Below, piece after piece: positions 1-9,628 of a stretch of DNA of 64,000 nucleotides. The translations under genes and the position numbers were made by a program. Every line of letters starts with the position of its first letter. Position 1 is the first letter of the stretch. The notes under the pieces were generated by a model that had not been told where the DNA came from, searched no databases, and saw only the letters and a program-made list of their open reading frames with translations. Source of the DNA: Vulcanimicrobiota bacterium (GTDB lineage: Bacteria; Vulcanimicrobiota; Vulcanimicrobiia; Vulcanimicrobiales; Vulcanimicrobiaceae); NCBI GenBank assembly GCA_963695225.1, contig OY968762.1:1696001-1760000 (forward strand), given 5' to 3'.

Positions 1-2
1 TC

Positions 3-305
3 TGCCCCGCCGAGTACGACCTCGGCGAGGATTTCCGCGCGGTTCTCTTCTCGGTCACCGAGGGCGAAGACAAACCGCTGAAGTATCCGCTCGCGTTCAA
101 CACGTCGCACGTCGCGCTCGTGACGAAAGCCGACCTCGCGCAAGCCGTCGATTTCGCGCGTGAAACGGCCTACGCCGCGATCCAGGCCGTGCATCCGGGA
201 ATTCTGATTCTCGAGCTCTCGAGCCGCACGGGCGCCGGGTTGGACGCATGGATCGCGCTCCTCGAACGGCACCTCGCCGAGAAGGCGGCCGCCTCGACCA
301 GCTAG
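3..305 (+). CDS. hypB: Hydrogenase nickel incorporation GTPase HypB, 3' part (5' end outside window)
   Basis: Frame from nt 3 reads CPAEYDLGEDFRAVLFSVTEGEDKPLKYP...VTKADL, the HypB signature region. Confidence 0.9.
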   Translation, partial: CPAEYDLGEDFRAVLFSVTEGEDKPLKYPLAFNTSHVALVTKADLAQAVDFARETAYAAIQAVHPGILILELSSRTGAGLDAWIALLERHLAEKAAASTS

Positions 306-330
306 AGCGCGGGCATCCCACGGCTCGCGA

Positions 331-363
331 GAAGGCCCGCCCGGCTATGCCGGGAGGGCCTTC
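331..363. terminator. Hairpin between convergent hypB and Spy-like genes
   Basis: gaaggccc-g-cccggc-tat-gccggg-a-gggccttc inverted repeat. Confidence 0.55.
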
Positions 364-404
364 GTTGCGCGCTTAAGCTAACGGGAGGAAGCGCATTCTC
401 GGGA

Positions 405-905
405 TTAGCGCGGCGCCCCGTCGCGCCTCATCATTTCGGGGTGCCGGTGGTGCCTCGGCATGTACTCGGTGTCGAAGGTCTTCTGTTGATCCGGCGTCAG
501 CTTCGAGTAGAACTCCCGCACGGCCGCGACCCGCGCGCCCATCTTGTTGACGCCGTCCCGCATGAGAGCGAGCATCTTCTCCATGCGATCGGGCGTCGAG
601 AGCTTCGAAAGGCTCTCCCAATCCGGCGCGCGGCGCGGTTCGGGCTTCGTCTTGTCGGCGAACGTCTTCCACGCCGGCTCCTGGTCCGCGTTCAGTTTGA
701 GGTCGTCGTGCAGTCTCGCGAGACGCGCTTCGGCGCGCCGCTCGAATTGCGCGCCGTCCATCGGCGGACGGTGCATCTGATCTTGGGGCCCCGGCGGGGG
801 CGGCGCTCCGGGGTCGCCGGCTGCGTAAGCAGCGCCCTGCAAACCGGCCGTGCCGAGCACCGCGGCTGCGAGCGCCGCCGCTGCGTAGTTCCGTAACTTC
901 TTCAT
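405..905 (-). CDS. Spy/CpxP family periplasmic chaperone
   Basis: Start re-assigned to ATG at 905 (MKKLRNY...); signal peptide, LKLNADQ and LTPDQQKTF (LTxxQ) motifs. Confidence 0.85.
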   Translation of the reverse strand: MKKLRNYAAAALAAAVLGTAGLQGAAYAAGDPGAPPPPGPQDQMHRPPMDGAQFERRAEARLARLHDDLKLNADQEPAWKTFADKTKPEPRRAPDWESLSKLSTPDRMEKMLALMRDGVNKMGARVAAVREFYSKLTPDQQKTFDTEYMPRHHRHPEMMRRDGAPR

Positions 906-938
906 GATTCTCCATCGGCTGTTCGCGCGTGACGCGCT

Positions 939-970
939 GATACGAACGGAGTATCGCATTCGTTCGTATC
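939..970. promoter_or_regulatory. Inverted repeat in the divergent spy / response-regulator intergenic region
   Basis: gatacgaacg-N12-cgttcgtatc perfect 10-bp inverted repeat; GTATCGC also occurs twice as a direct repeat. Confidence 0.35.
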
Positions 971-1095
971 GCGGATATGTCGGACCGGCCGGCGTTTGTG
1001 TCGAAATGTAGCACGCCGGCCTGCAGCCTCGCCGAGAGCGCGGTGCGCGGCCGGCGCCTGCGGGGAAAGCACGGCGCGCACGGTAGAATAGCCGC

Positions 1096-1818
1096 ATGGA
1101 CACGCCGCCCCGGATCCTGATCGTCGACGACGATCGCGAGATCCGCACGTTGCTCGCGGAATATCTCGAGGGGAACGGTCTCGCCGCCCAAGCCGTACCC
1201 GACGGAACCGCGATGTGGAAAGCGCTCGAGCGCACCGGCGCCGATTTGATCGTCTTGGATCTGACGCTTCCCGGGGAAGACGGATTGACGCTCTGCCGAA
1301 CGCTGCGCGCTCGTTCGAACGTGCCCGTGATCATGTTGACGGCGCGCGGCGATCCGCTCGACCGCATCCTGGGGCTCGAGATGGGAGCGGACGACTACCT
1401 CCCCAAGCCCTTCGAGCCGCGCGAACTCCTCGCGCGCATTCGCAGCGTCTTGCGTCGAGTCTCCGCCCCGCCGCAGCCGCCGCAGGCGCGAGCCGTTCGG
1501 CGGCTGCGTTTCGGCGAGTGGGTGCTCGATCTCGGCGCCCGTCATCTCGTCGGGAGCAGCGGCGTCGTCGTCGCGCTCTCCGGCGCCGAACTGCGCTTGC
1601 TGCGGATATTTCTCGAACATCCGAATCACGTATTGAGCCGCGAACAGATCCTCGATCTCACGCGCGGGCCGGATGCGGACGCGTTCGATCGTTCGATCGA
1701 CCTGCAGGTGAGCCGCTTGCGCCAAAAACTCAATGACGACGCTCGCTCGCCGAAGCTCATCAAGACCGTTCGCAGCGAAGGGTACGTCCTCGCAACCCCC
1801 GTCAGCGCCGAAACATGA
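1096..1818 (+). CDS. OmpR/PhoB family response regulator
   Basis: Receiver domain (VDDD, LDLTLP, GADDYLPKPF) plus winged helix (FDRSIDLQVSRLRQKL, IKTVRSEGY). Confidence 0.95.
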   Translation: MDTPPRILIVDDDREIRTLLAEYLEGNGLAAQAVPDGTAMWKALERTGADLIVLDLTLPGEDGLTLCRTLRARSNVPVIMLTARGDPLDRILGLEMGADDYLPKPFEPRELLARIRSVLRRVSAPPQPPQARAVRRLRFGEWVLDLGARHLVGSSGVVVALSGAELRLLRIFLEHPNHVLSREQILDLTRGPDADAFDRSIDLQVSRLRQKLNDDARSPKLIKTVRSEGYVLATPVSAET

Positions 1819-3167
1819 CCGCGTTCTTGCGCTCGATGGCGGGCCGCGTCTTCGTGCTCTTGCTCGCCGGCGTCGCCGCCTCCGCCGCGCTGACGTTCGC
1901 GCTCGCCGACAACGAGCGGCATCGTGCGCTCGACCGCCAGCGCACGGTTCGTTCCGCGGCGCTCGTCGAACAGCTCACGCTCGCGCTCGACGGCGTGCCG
2001 GCCGAAGCGCGCGCGGAACTGTTGTTCGCCGCGGCCGACGCGGGGATCGCACCGGCGCGCGACGAGCCGCCCGAATCCGCATGGGATCCCGACTCGCCTC
2101 TCGCGACCGAACTGGAAGACCGTCTCGGGACGCAGCGTCAGATCCGCGTGACGCAACCCTCTCCGGAGTATTGCCCGGCGAGCCGCCGCGTCACGAGCCT
2201 GCCGAAAGCGCCGCTCGAGTGCCGGATCGTCAGCCTCTCGCTCTTCGACGGCACGCCGATCCTGCTCTCCGTACAGAGCCCGCGCGACCCCACGCCGGCG
2301 GTCACGCCGATGCTCCCCGCGTTCGCGCTCGTCTTCGCGGCGTGCATCCTCGCGCTCGCATACGGAGTGGCACGGATGGCGACGCGTCCGCTGCGCGAGC
2401 TCGCGAGCGCGGCGACGAGGCTCGGCCGCAACATCGAAAGTCCGCCGCTCCCCGAGAGCGGGCCGGCCGAAGTGCGCGATGCGGCGCTCGCCTTCAACGC
2501 GATGCAAACGCGAATTCGGCGCGACGTGCAGGAGCGCACCTACATGCTCGCGGCGATCACGCACGACCTGCAAACGCCGCTCACGCGTCTACGCTTGCGC
2601 CTGGAAAAGGTCGAGGATCCCGAGCTGCGCGAGAAGCTCGTCGCCGATCTCTCCGCGATGCAAGGGACGATCCGGGAAGGGCTCGAGCTCGCGCGCAGCG
2701 CGGACCTTCGCGAGACGTTCCAGCGCATCGACTTCGATTCGCTCCTGGACAGCGTGTGCGCGGACGCGCAGGACGCGGGGCAGGACGTCACGCTTGGGGG
2801 GAGGACGGGAGCCGACGTGCTCGGCGCTCCGAACGCGCTGCGCCGATGCCTGACGAATCTCCTCGACAACGCGGTCAAGTACGGCCGGTACGCGCGCGTC
2901 GAAACGAGGCTCGAGGGGGATCGGGTCGCGGTCCGGATCCGCGACGGCGGTCCCGGGATCCCCGACGACCAGCTTGCCGCGGTCCTCGACCCGTTCTTCC
3001 GGCTCGAATCGTCCCGGTCGCGCGAGACCGGGGGTTCCGGACTCGGGCTGACGATCGCCCGGAACATCGCCGAACGGCACGGCGGGACGCTCTCGATCCG
3101 GAATCACCCGGAAGGGGGGTTGGAGGCGATGCTCGCCTTCCCACGCTCGGAGAGAGGAACGGTCTGA
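1815..3167 (+). CDS. Sensor histidine kinase (HAMP-HisKA-HATPase)
   Basis: Two TM segments, H-box ITHDLQTPLTRL, NLLDNAVKYG, DGGPGIP, GSGLGL; ATGA overlap with the regulator. Confidence 0.95.
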   Translation: MTAFLRSMAGRVFVLLLAGVAASAALTFALADNERHRALDRQRTVRSAALVEQLTLALDGVPAEARAELLFAAADAGIAPARDEPPESAWDPDSPLATELEDRLGTQRQIRVTQPSPEYCPASRRVTSLPKAPLECRIVSLSLFDGTPILLSVQSPRDPTPAVTPMLPAFALVFAACILALAYGVARMATRPLRELASAATRLGRNIESPPLPESGPAEVRDAALAFNAMQTRIRRDVQERTYMLAAITHDLQTPLTRLRLRLEKVEDPELREKLVADLSAMQGTIREGLELARSADLRETFQRIDFDSLLDSVCADAQDAGQDVTLGGRTGADVLGAPNALRRCLTNLLDNAVKYGRYARVETRLEGDRVAVRIRDGGPGIPDDQLAAVLDPFFRLESSRSRETGGSGLGLTIARNIAERHGGTLSIRNHPEGGLEAMLAFPRSERGTV

Positions 3168-3230
3168 ACGACGCCGGCGGGCGTGTGTTTTGTCACAGTA
3201 CAATCCCCACCTATGTGGTAGGTTTGGAGT

Positions 3231-3710
3231 ATGAGTGGAATCCATGAGTACGTGACGGCTCGATGCACGTTCTCGGCCGTCCCGGAGTATATCCAAGCCT
3301 ACGTTGACTCGCACGCCGGCAAGGCCGGCGGCGGCGATATCCTCCTAGCGCTCCGAGCTCCCCTCGGCGACGTGATGGTCGAGCGGGACGTCGTCGCAAC
3401 GCTCACCCCGCTTCCTCATTATTCGGGGTACGAGCGCATGCAGATCCGCTGGGTCCCCAAGGAAACGGGTCCGTATCCCTCGTTCGACGGCATCCTAAAC
3501 GTCAGCGATGAGGGCGCCGGTTTCTGCCGCATCGATCTCGACGGCGCCTATCAGCCGCCGTTCGGTCCGGCCGGGGTGCTTTTCGACGTCGCCGTCGGCA
3601 AGCACATCGCCGAGAACACCGTCCGCGAACTCCTCAAGGACGTCAAGAGCTTCTTCGAAACCGCGGAACACGCGAAGTTCCCCGCGGAAGCCGTCGGCGC
3701 AGGCAGCTAA
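3231..3710 (+). CDS. Hypothetical protein (possibly SRPBCC/START-like fold)
   Basis: GGAG RBS, coding-like composition, GAYQPPFGPAGVLFD motif; fold guess only. Confidence 0.6.
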   Translation: MSGIHEYVTARCTFSAVPEYIQAYVDSHAGKAGGGDILLALRAPLGDVMVERDVVATLTPLPHYSGYERMQIRWVPKETGPYPSFDGILNVSDEGAGFCRIDLDGAYQPPFGPAGVLFDVAVGKHIAENTVRELLKDVKSFFETAEHAKFPAEAVGAGS

Positions 3711-3801
3711 GCCTCCATACTCCTACAATTTCGAGACCATGGCGGGCGCGCCCCTAACGCCCCGCTTGGTTTCGTTTTGCTTCACGGAGCCCCGCGGCCG
3801 A

Positions 3802-4665
3802 TCAGGAGCGCTGGACGAGCGCGATGCCGAAGGCGATCGCGCAAAGGCCGGCGAGATCGCGCGGGCCGACCGGTTCGTGGAGCAGCCACGCGCTGATCAG
3901 CAAGCCGAAAACGGGGGTCAGGAAGTAGTAGGCGGTGACGCGGCTCGCCTCGCCGCGTTTGAGCAGCCGGAACCACAGCAGCGATGCGCCGATGCTGATC
4001 ACGCCGACGAGATAGACGTACGAGCCGGCGAGCTGGAGCGACCAAACCGCATGCGGCCGGCCCTCGAAGAAGACGGCGAACGGAACGAGGAAGAGCGCGG
4101 CCGCCAGGAGCTGGAGCCCGGTCATCGAGTGCACGTCCGAATGGCTCAGATAGCGCTTGAAGACGAGCGTGCTCGCGACGCTCGCCATGACGCCGGCGAA
4201 CGCGAGCGCCACGTCGCGCGGTTCAGCCGTACCGCTGCCGATGCGCGCGAACATGATCGCGACGACGCCGCCGAAGCCGAGCGCCAAGCCCGCGACCTTT
4301 CCGCCGTTGAGCGGTTCGCGCAGCGCGTACGGCGCGACGAGCGCGAGGACGAGCGGATTCGTGCTCGCGATGATCGCCCCGACGCCGGACGCCAAGTGCC
4401 GCAGGGCCTCGTACGTCAACCCCAGATATGCGGCGTTTGCGAGCAGGCCGAGCGCGGCCGTCGCATACCAATCGCGGGGCTTGCGCGGAAACTCCGATCC
4501 GAAGGCCCGCGCCAGCGCGAGCGCGAGGAGTCCGGCGAGCCCGAACCGGCAAGCCAAGAACCACAGCGGGGAACTCTCCAGAACGCCGATCTTGCTCGGG
4601 ACGTATGCGGACGCCCACAGGAGGATGTAGAACAGCGCCGCCGCCGTACCGCCGAACGAGCCCAT
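3802..4665 (-). CDS. DMT/EamA family transporter
   Basis: About 10 hydrophobic helices in two EamA-like repeats (LREPL..K, YYFLTPVFG..LLHEP). Confidence 0.9.
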   Translation of the reverse strand: MGSFGGTAAALFYILLWASAYVPSKIGVLESSPLWFLACRFGLAGLLALALARAFGSEFPRKPRDWYATAALGLLANAAYLGLTYEALRHLASGVGAIIASTNPLVLALVAPYALREPLNGGKVAGLALGFGGVVAIMFARIGSGTAEPRDVALAFAGVMASVASTLVFKRYLSHSDVHSMTGLQLLAAALFLVPFAVFFEGRPHAVWSLQLAGSYVYLVGVISIGASLLWFRLLKRGEASRVTAYYFLTPVFGLLISAWLLHEPVGPRDLAGLCAIAFGIALVQRS

Positions 4666-4731
4666 CGTTCGGCGAAAACCGGACGGGGCCCGAAGGGTTC
4701 CAGCGCCCTGCGCGGCCCAGATCGACGAGCT

Positions 4732-4767
4732 GGAAGCGGGCGCTCAGGCCTCGGAGCGCCCGCTTCC
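4732..4767 (-). terminator. Hairpin downstream of barrel gene
   Basis: ggaagcgggcgctc-N8-gagcgcccgcttcc, 14-bp stem. Confidence 0.55.
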
Positions 4768-4776
4768 GCGGGGTTG

Positions 4777-5547
4777 CTACTTCTTGGCTTCCTCGCTTGG
4801 GCCAAGCATGAATCGGTAGGCCAGATACCCCATGAACGAGTTGCTGCCGTGGAGCGCCCGGCCGAGCGAGAGCAAGACCGCATGGTGTTCGCCGATTTGC
4901 GACACCATGCCGAGGTTCGCGCCCGTCGTGTCGCTTCCGTCGACCGTGTCCGCGCTCTGATGAAAGAGCTCGACGCCGAGCGTGGTCGCGGGCGAAATGT
5001 CGTGCGTGAGAACGGCGCCTAGGTAGGTGTAATCGCGGTTGCCCGGTCCCGTATTGATGTAGACACCACCCCCGCCGAAGACGCTCCAAGATCCGAAGTT
5101 CTTCTGCGCCCAAAGCGGCAGAAAGGTAACGGCATGGTCGCCCGCATTAACCGGAAACTGGACCGAAGGGGCAAACGCGATCTCCGGCAGGTGGCTCGAT
5201 TCTTGGACGAAGCGGTACTTCGCTCCGATCCCGGTACCCCCGTAAGCGTACTTGTGGGAGTCGGCCGTGTAGTCGTAAGCCATCGGCAAGTCGAGCGTGA
5301 TTTGCGCGTTCGGCACGATCCCGTAGTTGAACTCCGCCAGCGGGAGATTCCCGGAAACTTCCCCGTTCCCCGAGTTCGCGTAGGTGACGGCAGTGTTGAT
5401 CTCCCAATGGCGGTGATCCACGGGTTCCGGATCGTCCGTCACATAGGGTGGGCCGGCGATCGCACGCGACGCGCCGAAACACGTCGTAATCGCAACCAAA
5501 AACATCAGCGCGCGCAGTAAACGGCGCTTCACCAGACTGCCCCTCAT
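4777..5547 (-). CDS. Putative outer-membrane beta-barrel protein (GPPxxTDDP family)
   Basis: ATG at 5547 with GAGGAG RBS; signal peptide then GPPYVTDDPEPVD..WEI; alternating aromatic beta-strands (GIGAKYRF, GYLAYRF). Confidence 0.7.
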   Translation of the reverse strand: MRGSLVKRRLLRALMFLVAITTCFGASRAIAGPPYVTDDPEPVDHRHWEINTAVTYANSGNGEVSGNLPLAEFNYGIVPNAQITLDLPMAYDYTADSHKYAYGGTGIGAKYRFVQESSHLPEIAFAPSVQFPVNAGDHAVTFLPLWAQKNFGSWSVFGGGGVYINTGPGNRDYTYLGAVLTHDISPATTLGVELFHQSADTVDGSDTTGANLGMVSQIGEHHAVLLSLGRALHGSNSFMGYLAYRFMLGPSEEAKK

Positions 5548-5598
5548 CCACATCTCCTCAGGCATATGCGAGAAAAGTAGCACCCGCACATTAGGGTC

Positions 5599-5636
5599 CA
5601 ATTTACATTGCGAAAAGAATCGCATGCAAGAGTGCG
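5599..5636 (-). promoter_or_regulatory. Conserved promoter/operator block, copy 1 (TGCGA-N6-TCGCA at 5609-5624)
   Basis: 33/38 nt identical to 9629-9666; palindrome lies between TTGCAT and TAAATT boxes on the - strand. Confidence 0.7.
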
Positions 5637-5793
5637 TTTTGCAAATAGCACTATTCACGCTTGTCGTACGCCGTTAATTTAGCTGACGCTAATCACGTAT
5701 GTAGAAATGACTATCGAACGTAGCGGGGTTTGCCGCATCGCAATTGCGAGAGCGATCGCGGACTCTTTTCGAGCGATGCCGCGCTGGCTCGGA

Positions 5794-7617
5794 TCACTTG
5801 GCCGTCGCATACGGGCCGTGCCGTCCCATGCTTTCGGGCGGCAGATACTCTGTTTGCGTTACCGGAGACTGCACGACGATCGGTAGGGAATCCGTGCCGC
5901 GCGCGACGCGCACCGGGCGCGCGATCTTCCTCTGCGCCTTCCGGCCCGGCGTCCGCGCCCACGCCGCCGCAAGTGAGGCAACGACGAGCGAAACGAGCAG
6001 CACCGCGAGCGTAAGCCCCTGGTTGTAGCCGGGAGCCACGTAGGTCGCGCCGGCCGCCGCATCCTCGGCCTTTCCCCCCAGCGAGAAGATGTAGAGCATC
6101 AGCCCCGCAAAACCGGCGACCATCGTAGCGTAGGGCACGAGAGTCCGCGTTGCGCGGCCACTCGCCGCGAAGTAGTGCCGGGCGATCCGGTACACTGCGT
6201 GCAACGAAACGGCGGCCCCGGCGACGACGAGCCCGATCTGAACCTCTCTGACGGCCGAGGCGTCGAGGATAGCCCGCGGAGCGTCTCCCGACTCGATCCC
6301 GAAGAGGCCCAACGCGGCGTAAACCAAAGCCCGCGCGTTCTGCAGCAGGTCGGGGCACGTGTTGGAGACGACTGCGGCCATATCCAACGGGATCAGAGCG
6401 AAGCCGAATCTCGTGAGGTTGGCCTTCCAGGGATCCCCATTGACGTGCTGCGCAAGCAGGGACGTCAGCGTCAGAATGACGCCGGGTGTATTCACCACGG
6501 CTAGGAAGAGCAGCGTGAAGGCGATCGCGTACGGAGCGTGCGTCGTAGCTTGGACCCATTGCAGGGCGGCGGCCCAGATCGAGTGCGCGAAATCGTCCGT
6601 GTTCTTGAGCAACACGATGCCGACGACCACGATCGCCAAGAACGCCTCGTCGAATTTCGGTTCGGTGGTGCGGCCGAAGACGGAGTAGATCTCCTTCGAT
6701 GGGGGCCGCAAGCGGACCCGGATCGAGCGGTTGGGGCAGCTCTTCACGCAATTGCCGCAGAGATTGCAATTGACGCTGGTCTCCATCCGGCGAGGAAATT
6801 CGAACACGGGGCAAGGCGGCACGCTCGCGGTGCCGTTGAAGCACGCGGCCTTCGACGTGCACTTCGAGCAGGTCCCGGGCTCGGCTCTCAGTTCCACCAT
6901 GCCGTTGCGAGCGTAGTTGCCGGCCAAGCCGCCCAGGAAGCAGAGATGCCGGCACCACGTGCGGCGTTGCCAGAGCGCCCCCGATACCAAGACCCCGGCG
7001 ATGAGGATGAGCATCAGACCCCCTGTGAGCAGCGGGCTGCTGAAGATCCCGAACAGGTGGTCGGCCCACGTGATGAAGATGAACAGGGCGTCGATGAACC
7101 AGATTCCGTACTTCTTGATGAACGCCGGGACGGGCTTGTTCCGTCCGAAGATCTTCTGAACCACGTCGTTGATCAAGCCGAACGGGCAGATCGCGCACCA
7201 AAACCGGCCGGCCAGAAGAAACGTGATCGGCAGCAGCGGCCACCACAGGTTCCACGTGTAGAGGCTGCCCAAATTGAAGTCGGCATCGCGCGGGCCGAAC
7301 AAGAGCTGCCACGTGATGATCGCAAAGGCCCAGATCGTTATGGCCTGAGGAACGGCCGGGTACCACGTGCCCTTCAAGAGCTTGGCGGCCGCCCCGTTCC
7401 TCATTCCCGTCAAGAACAGCAACAACAGGAGAAGCGGAGACCATAAGAGCCAGGTGCGTGGACTTTCCAGTCCATAATCGGCGTCGGGGTTGCCGGTCAG
7501 AAGTTGCATGACGGCAACGGCCAAGAGCCAGATAGTGAAATCCCGCCAGACGAACAGAAGCCACTTGCTCGTAAAGAGCCTGCGAACCGTTTCGTGTTTC
7601 GGGACGTCGCTGGTCAT
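5794..7617 (-). CDS. Membrane polyferredoxin (4Fe-4S binding, FesM/NapH/RdxA-like), paralog A
   Basis: Multi-TM protein; GRFWCAICPFG, RTWCRHLCFLG, CSKC..C...CP, CNLCGNCVKSCP; probable start ATG 7617 (ORF open to 7653). Confidence 0.85.
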   Translation of the reverse strand: MTSDVPKHETVRRLFTSKWLLFVWRDFTIWLLAVAVMQLLTGNPDADYGLESPRTWLLWSPLLLLLLFLTGMRNGAAAKLLKGTWYPAVPQAITIWAFAIITWQLLFGPRDADFNLGSLYTWNLWWPLLPITFLLAGRFWCAICPFGLINDVVQKIFGRNKPVPAFIKKYGIWFIDALFIFITWADHLFGIFSSPLLTGGLMLILIAGVLVSGALWQRRTWCRHLCFLGGLAGNYARNGMVELRAEPGTCSKCTSKAACFNGTASVPPCPVFEFPRRMETSVNCNLCGNCVKSCPNRSIRVRLRPPSKEIYSVFGRTTEPKFDEAFLAIVVVGIVLLKNTDDFAHSIWAAALQWVQATTHAPYAIAFTLLFLAVVNTPGVILTLTSLLAQHVNGDPWKANLTRFGFALIPLDMAAVVSNTCPDLLQNARALVYAALGLFGIESGDAPRAILDASAVREVQIGLVVAGAAVSLHAVYRIARHYFAASGRATRTLVPYATMVAGFAGLMLYIFSLGGKAEDAAAGATYVAPGYNQGLTLAVLLVSLVVASLAAAWARTPGRKAQRKIARPVRVARGTDSLPIVVQSPVTQTEYLPPESMGRHGPYATAK

Positions 7618-7907
7618 CCGCTGCTTTCCCAACCCAGGCCGGCGCAACACCAAGAATAACGCTCGAGTCCACGTTGCCGCATGAAAAATCGAGCTTCGAA
7701 ATAGCAGATCGTGGAGCGCAGGCGCCTTGCCGAGACCTAACTAGACGAATCTCGTTTACGGGACAGACCGGTCAATGTGACTCGATGACCGCATTATCCG
7801 ACGCGTTTCCCGGCACCGAAAGGTCCGTTCCGCCCGTTCATGTGAGGGCCGATGGACCCAACGCCGCGAAAGCGAGCCCGGCGTCTCCCCGGCCGTCCCG
7901 CTCGTGA

Positions 7908-7949
7908 GCAATACGTACGCCGAGGCTTGCACCTCGGCGTACGTATTGC
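7908..7949. terminator. Perfect 18-bp stem hairpin between the two polyferredoxin paralogs
   Basis: gcaatacgtacgccgagg-cttgca-cctcggcgtacgtattgc; no U-tract. Confidence 0.55.
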
Positions 7950-7990
7950 GGCGTGTAACTCGGTCCGCTAACGCGGCGCGTCCGTCGCAG

Positions 7991-9577
7991 CTATTCTGCT
8001 TTTCCCGCCGCGGATTGCACGACGATCGGAAGAGATTCCGTGCCCCTCGCGACTTGCGGTGCGCGCATGGGCTGCTTGTTCGGCTTTGCGCGCGGCACTC
8101 TCGCCCACGCCGTCGCCCACGTCGCGAGGATGAACCCGCCGAACACCACCGCCATGGAGAGCATCTGGTTGTGATCGGCCGCGACATAGGCCACCGTGGC
8201 GGGTTCGTCGCCGCCGCCGCCGCCCTTCCCGGCGGAACTCACGAAGATCCAGAGCATGACGCTCGCAAAGCCCACGACCATCGCGCTGTACGGCGCCAGA
8301 GTCCGCGTCACGTGGCCCTTTGCATCGAAGTAGTGGTGCGAGATCCGATAGACCGCGTGCAGCGAGATCAGGGCCCCGATGATGACGAGCGCGATCTGGA
8401 AGTCTCGAATGGCCCAATCGGGGATAATCTCCCGCGGAGCCTTGCCGGATTCGATCCCGAAGAGCGCCAGCGCGGAGTAGATCAGCGCGCGGGCGTTGCC
8501 CAGCAGGTCGGGACAGGTGTTCGATACGACCAAGGCCATGTCCAACGGGATCAAAGCGAAGCCGAATCGCGTGAGATTATCTTTCCAAGAGTCCCCGTTG
8601 ACACGCTGTGCGACCAGGGACATCAACGTCAGAATGACGCCGGGGATGTTGACCACGACTAGGAAGAGCAGCGTGAATGCGATCGCAAACGGCGTGTGCG
8701 TTATGGTTTGCACCCAGTTCAGCGCCCCTTCCCAGATCGGGTGGGCGAAATCGTCGGTATTCTTGATGAGCACGATGCCCATGACCACGATCGCCAAGAA
8801 CGCTTCGTCGAATTTCGGTTCGTCCTTACGATTGTGAATCGAGTAGATCTCGTGCGAGACGGGCCGCACGCGGATTTTGATCGAGTCATTGGGGCAACTC
8901 TTCACGCAGTTGCCGCAGAGGTTGCAGTTCTCGCTCGTCTCCATCTGGCGGGGGAATTCGAAGACGGGGCAGGGCGCCGTCGTGGCGGTGCCGTTGTAGC
9001 ACGCGGCACCGGACTTGCACGTGGCGCACGTTTCCGGCGTATTCCTCAGTTCCACCATCCCGTTGCGGGCGTAGTTGCCGGCCAGGCCGCCCAGGAAGCA
9101 GAGGTACCGGCACCACGTGCGGCGTTGCCAGAGCGCGCCCGACACCAAGACCCCCGTGATGAGGATGAGCATCAAACCGCCGGTGAGCAGCGGGCTGCTG
9201 AAGATCCCGAACAGGTGATCGGCCCAGGTGATAAAGAGGAACAGAGCGTCGATGCACCAGATGCCGTACTTCTTGATGAACTTCGGGACGGGCTTGTTCT
9301 GCCCGAAGGCCTTCTGAACCACGTCGTTGATCAGGCCGAAGGGGCATATCGCGCACCAAAACCGGCCGGTCAGGAGAAACGTGATGGGCAGTAGCGGCCA
9401 CCACAGATTCCAGGTATAGAGGCTGCCCAGGTTATAGTCGGCGTCTTTGGGGCCGAACAAGAGCTGCCAGGTGATGACCATGAAGACCCAGATCGTGATG
9501 GCCTGCGGGATCGCCGGAAACCACTTGCTCTTCAGGACCGCCTTGACGGCTTTAGCCTCCATCAGGTTGCTGCTCAT
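7991..9577 (-). CDS. Membrane polyferredoxin (4Fe-4S binding, FesM/NapH/RdxA-like), paralog B
   Basis: Same Cys motifs as paralog A (WCAICPFG, WCRYLCFLG, CATC..C...CP, CNLCGNCVKSCP); GAGGTG RBS. Confidence 0.88.
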   Translation of the reverse strand: MSSNLMEAKAVKAVLKSKWFPAIPQAITIWVFMVITWQLLFGPKDADYNLGSLYTWNLWWPLLPITFLLTGRFWCAICPFGLINDVVQKAFGQNKPVPKFIKKYGIWCIDALFLFITWADHLFGIFSSPLLTGGLMLILITGVLVSGALWQRRTWCRYLCFLGGLAGNYARNGMVELRNTPETCATCKSGAACYNGTATTAPCPVFEFPRQMETSENCNLCGNCVKSCPNDSIKIRVRPVSHEIYSIHNRKDEPKFDEAFLAIVVMGIVLIKNTDDFAHPIWEGALNWVQTITHTPFAIAFTLLFLVVVNIPGVILTLMSLVAQRVNGDSWKDNLTRFGFALIPLDMALVVSNTCPDLLGNARALIYSALALFGIESGKAPREIIPDWAIRDFQIALVIIGALISLHAVYRISHHYFDAKGHVTRTLAPYSAMVVGFASVMLWIFVSSAGKGGGGGDEPATVAYVAADHNQMLSMAVVFGGFILATWATAWARVPRAKPNKQPMRAPQVARGTESLPIVVQSAAGKAE

Positions 9578-9628
9578 CGAACGCTCACCTCGTACCTACT
9601 CACATGCTCATCGCTGCGTAATGCAGAA

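Noticed and set aside
5609..5624. Link between TGCGA-N6-TCGCA (CRP-S-like) sites and the comEA/comEC genes in this window
   Set aside because: The sites are far from the competence genes, and I found no such site upstream of them.
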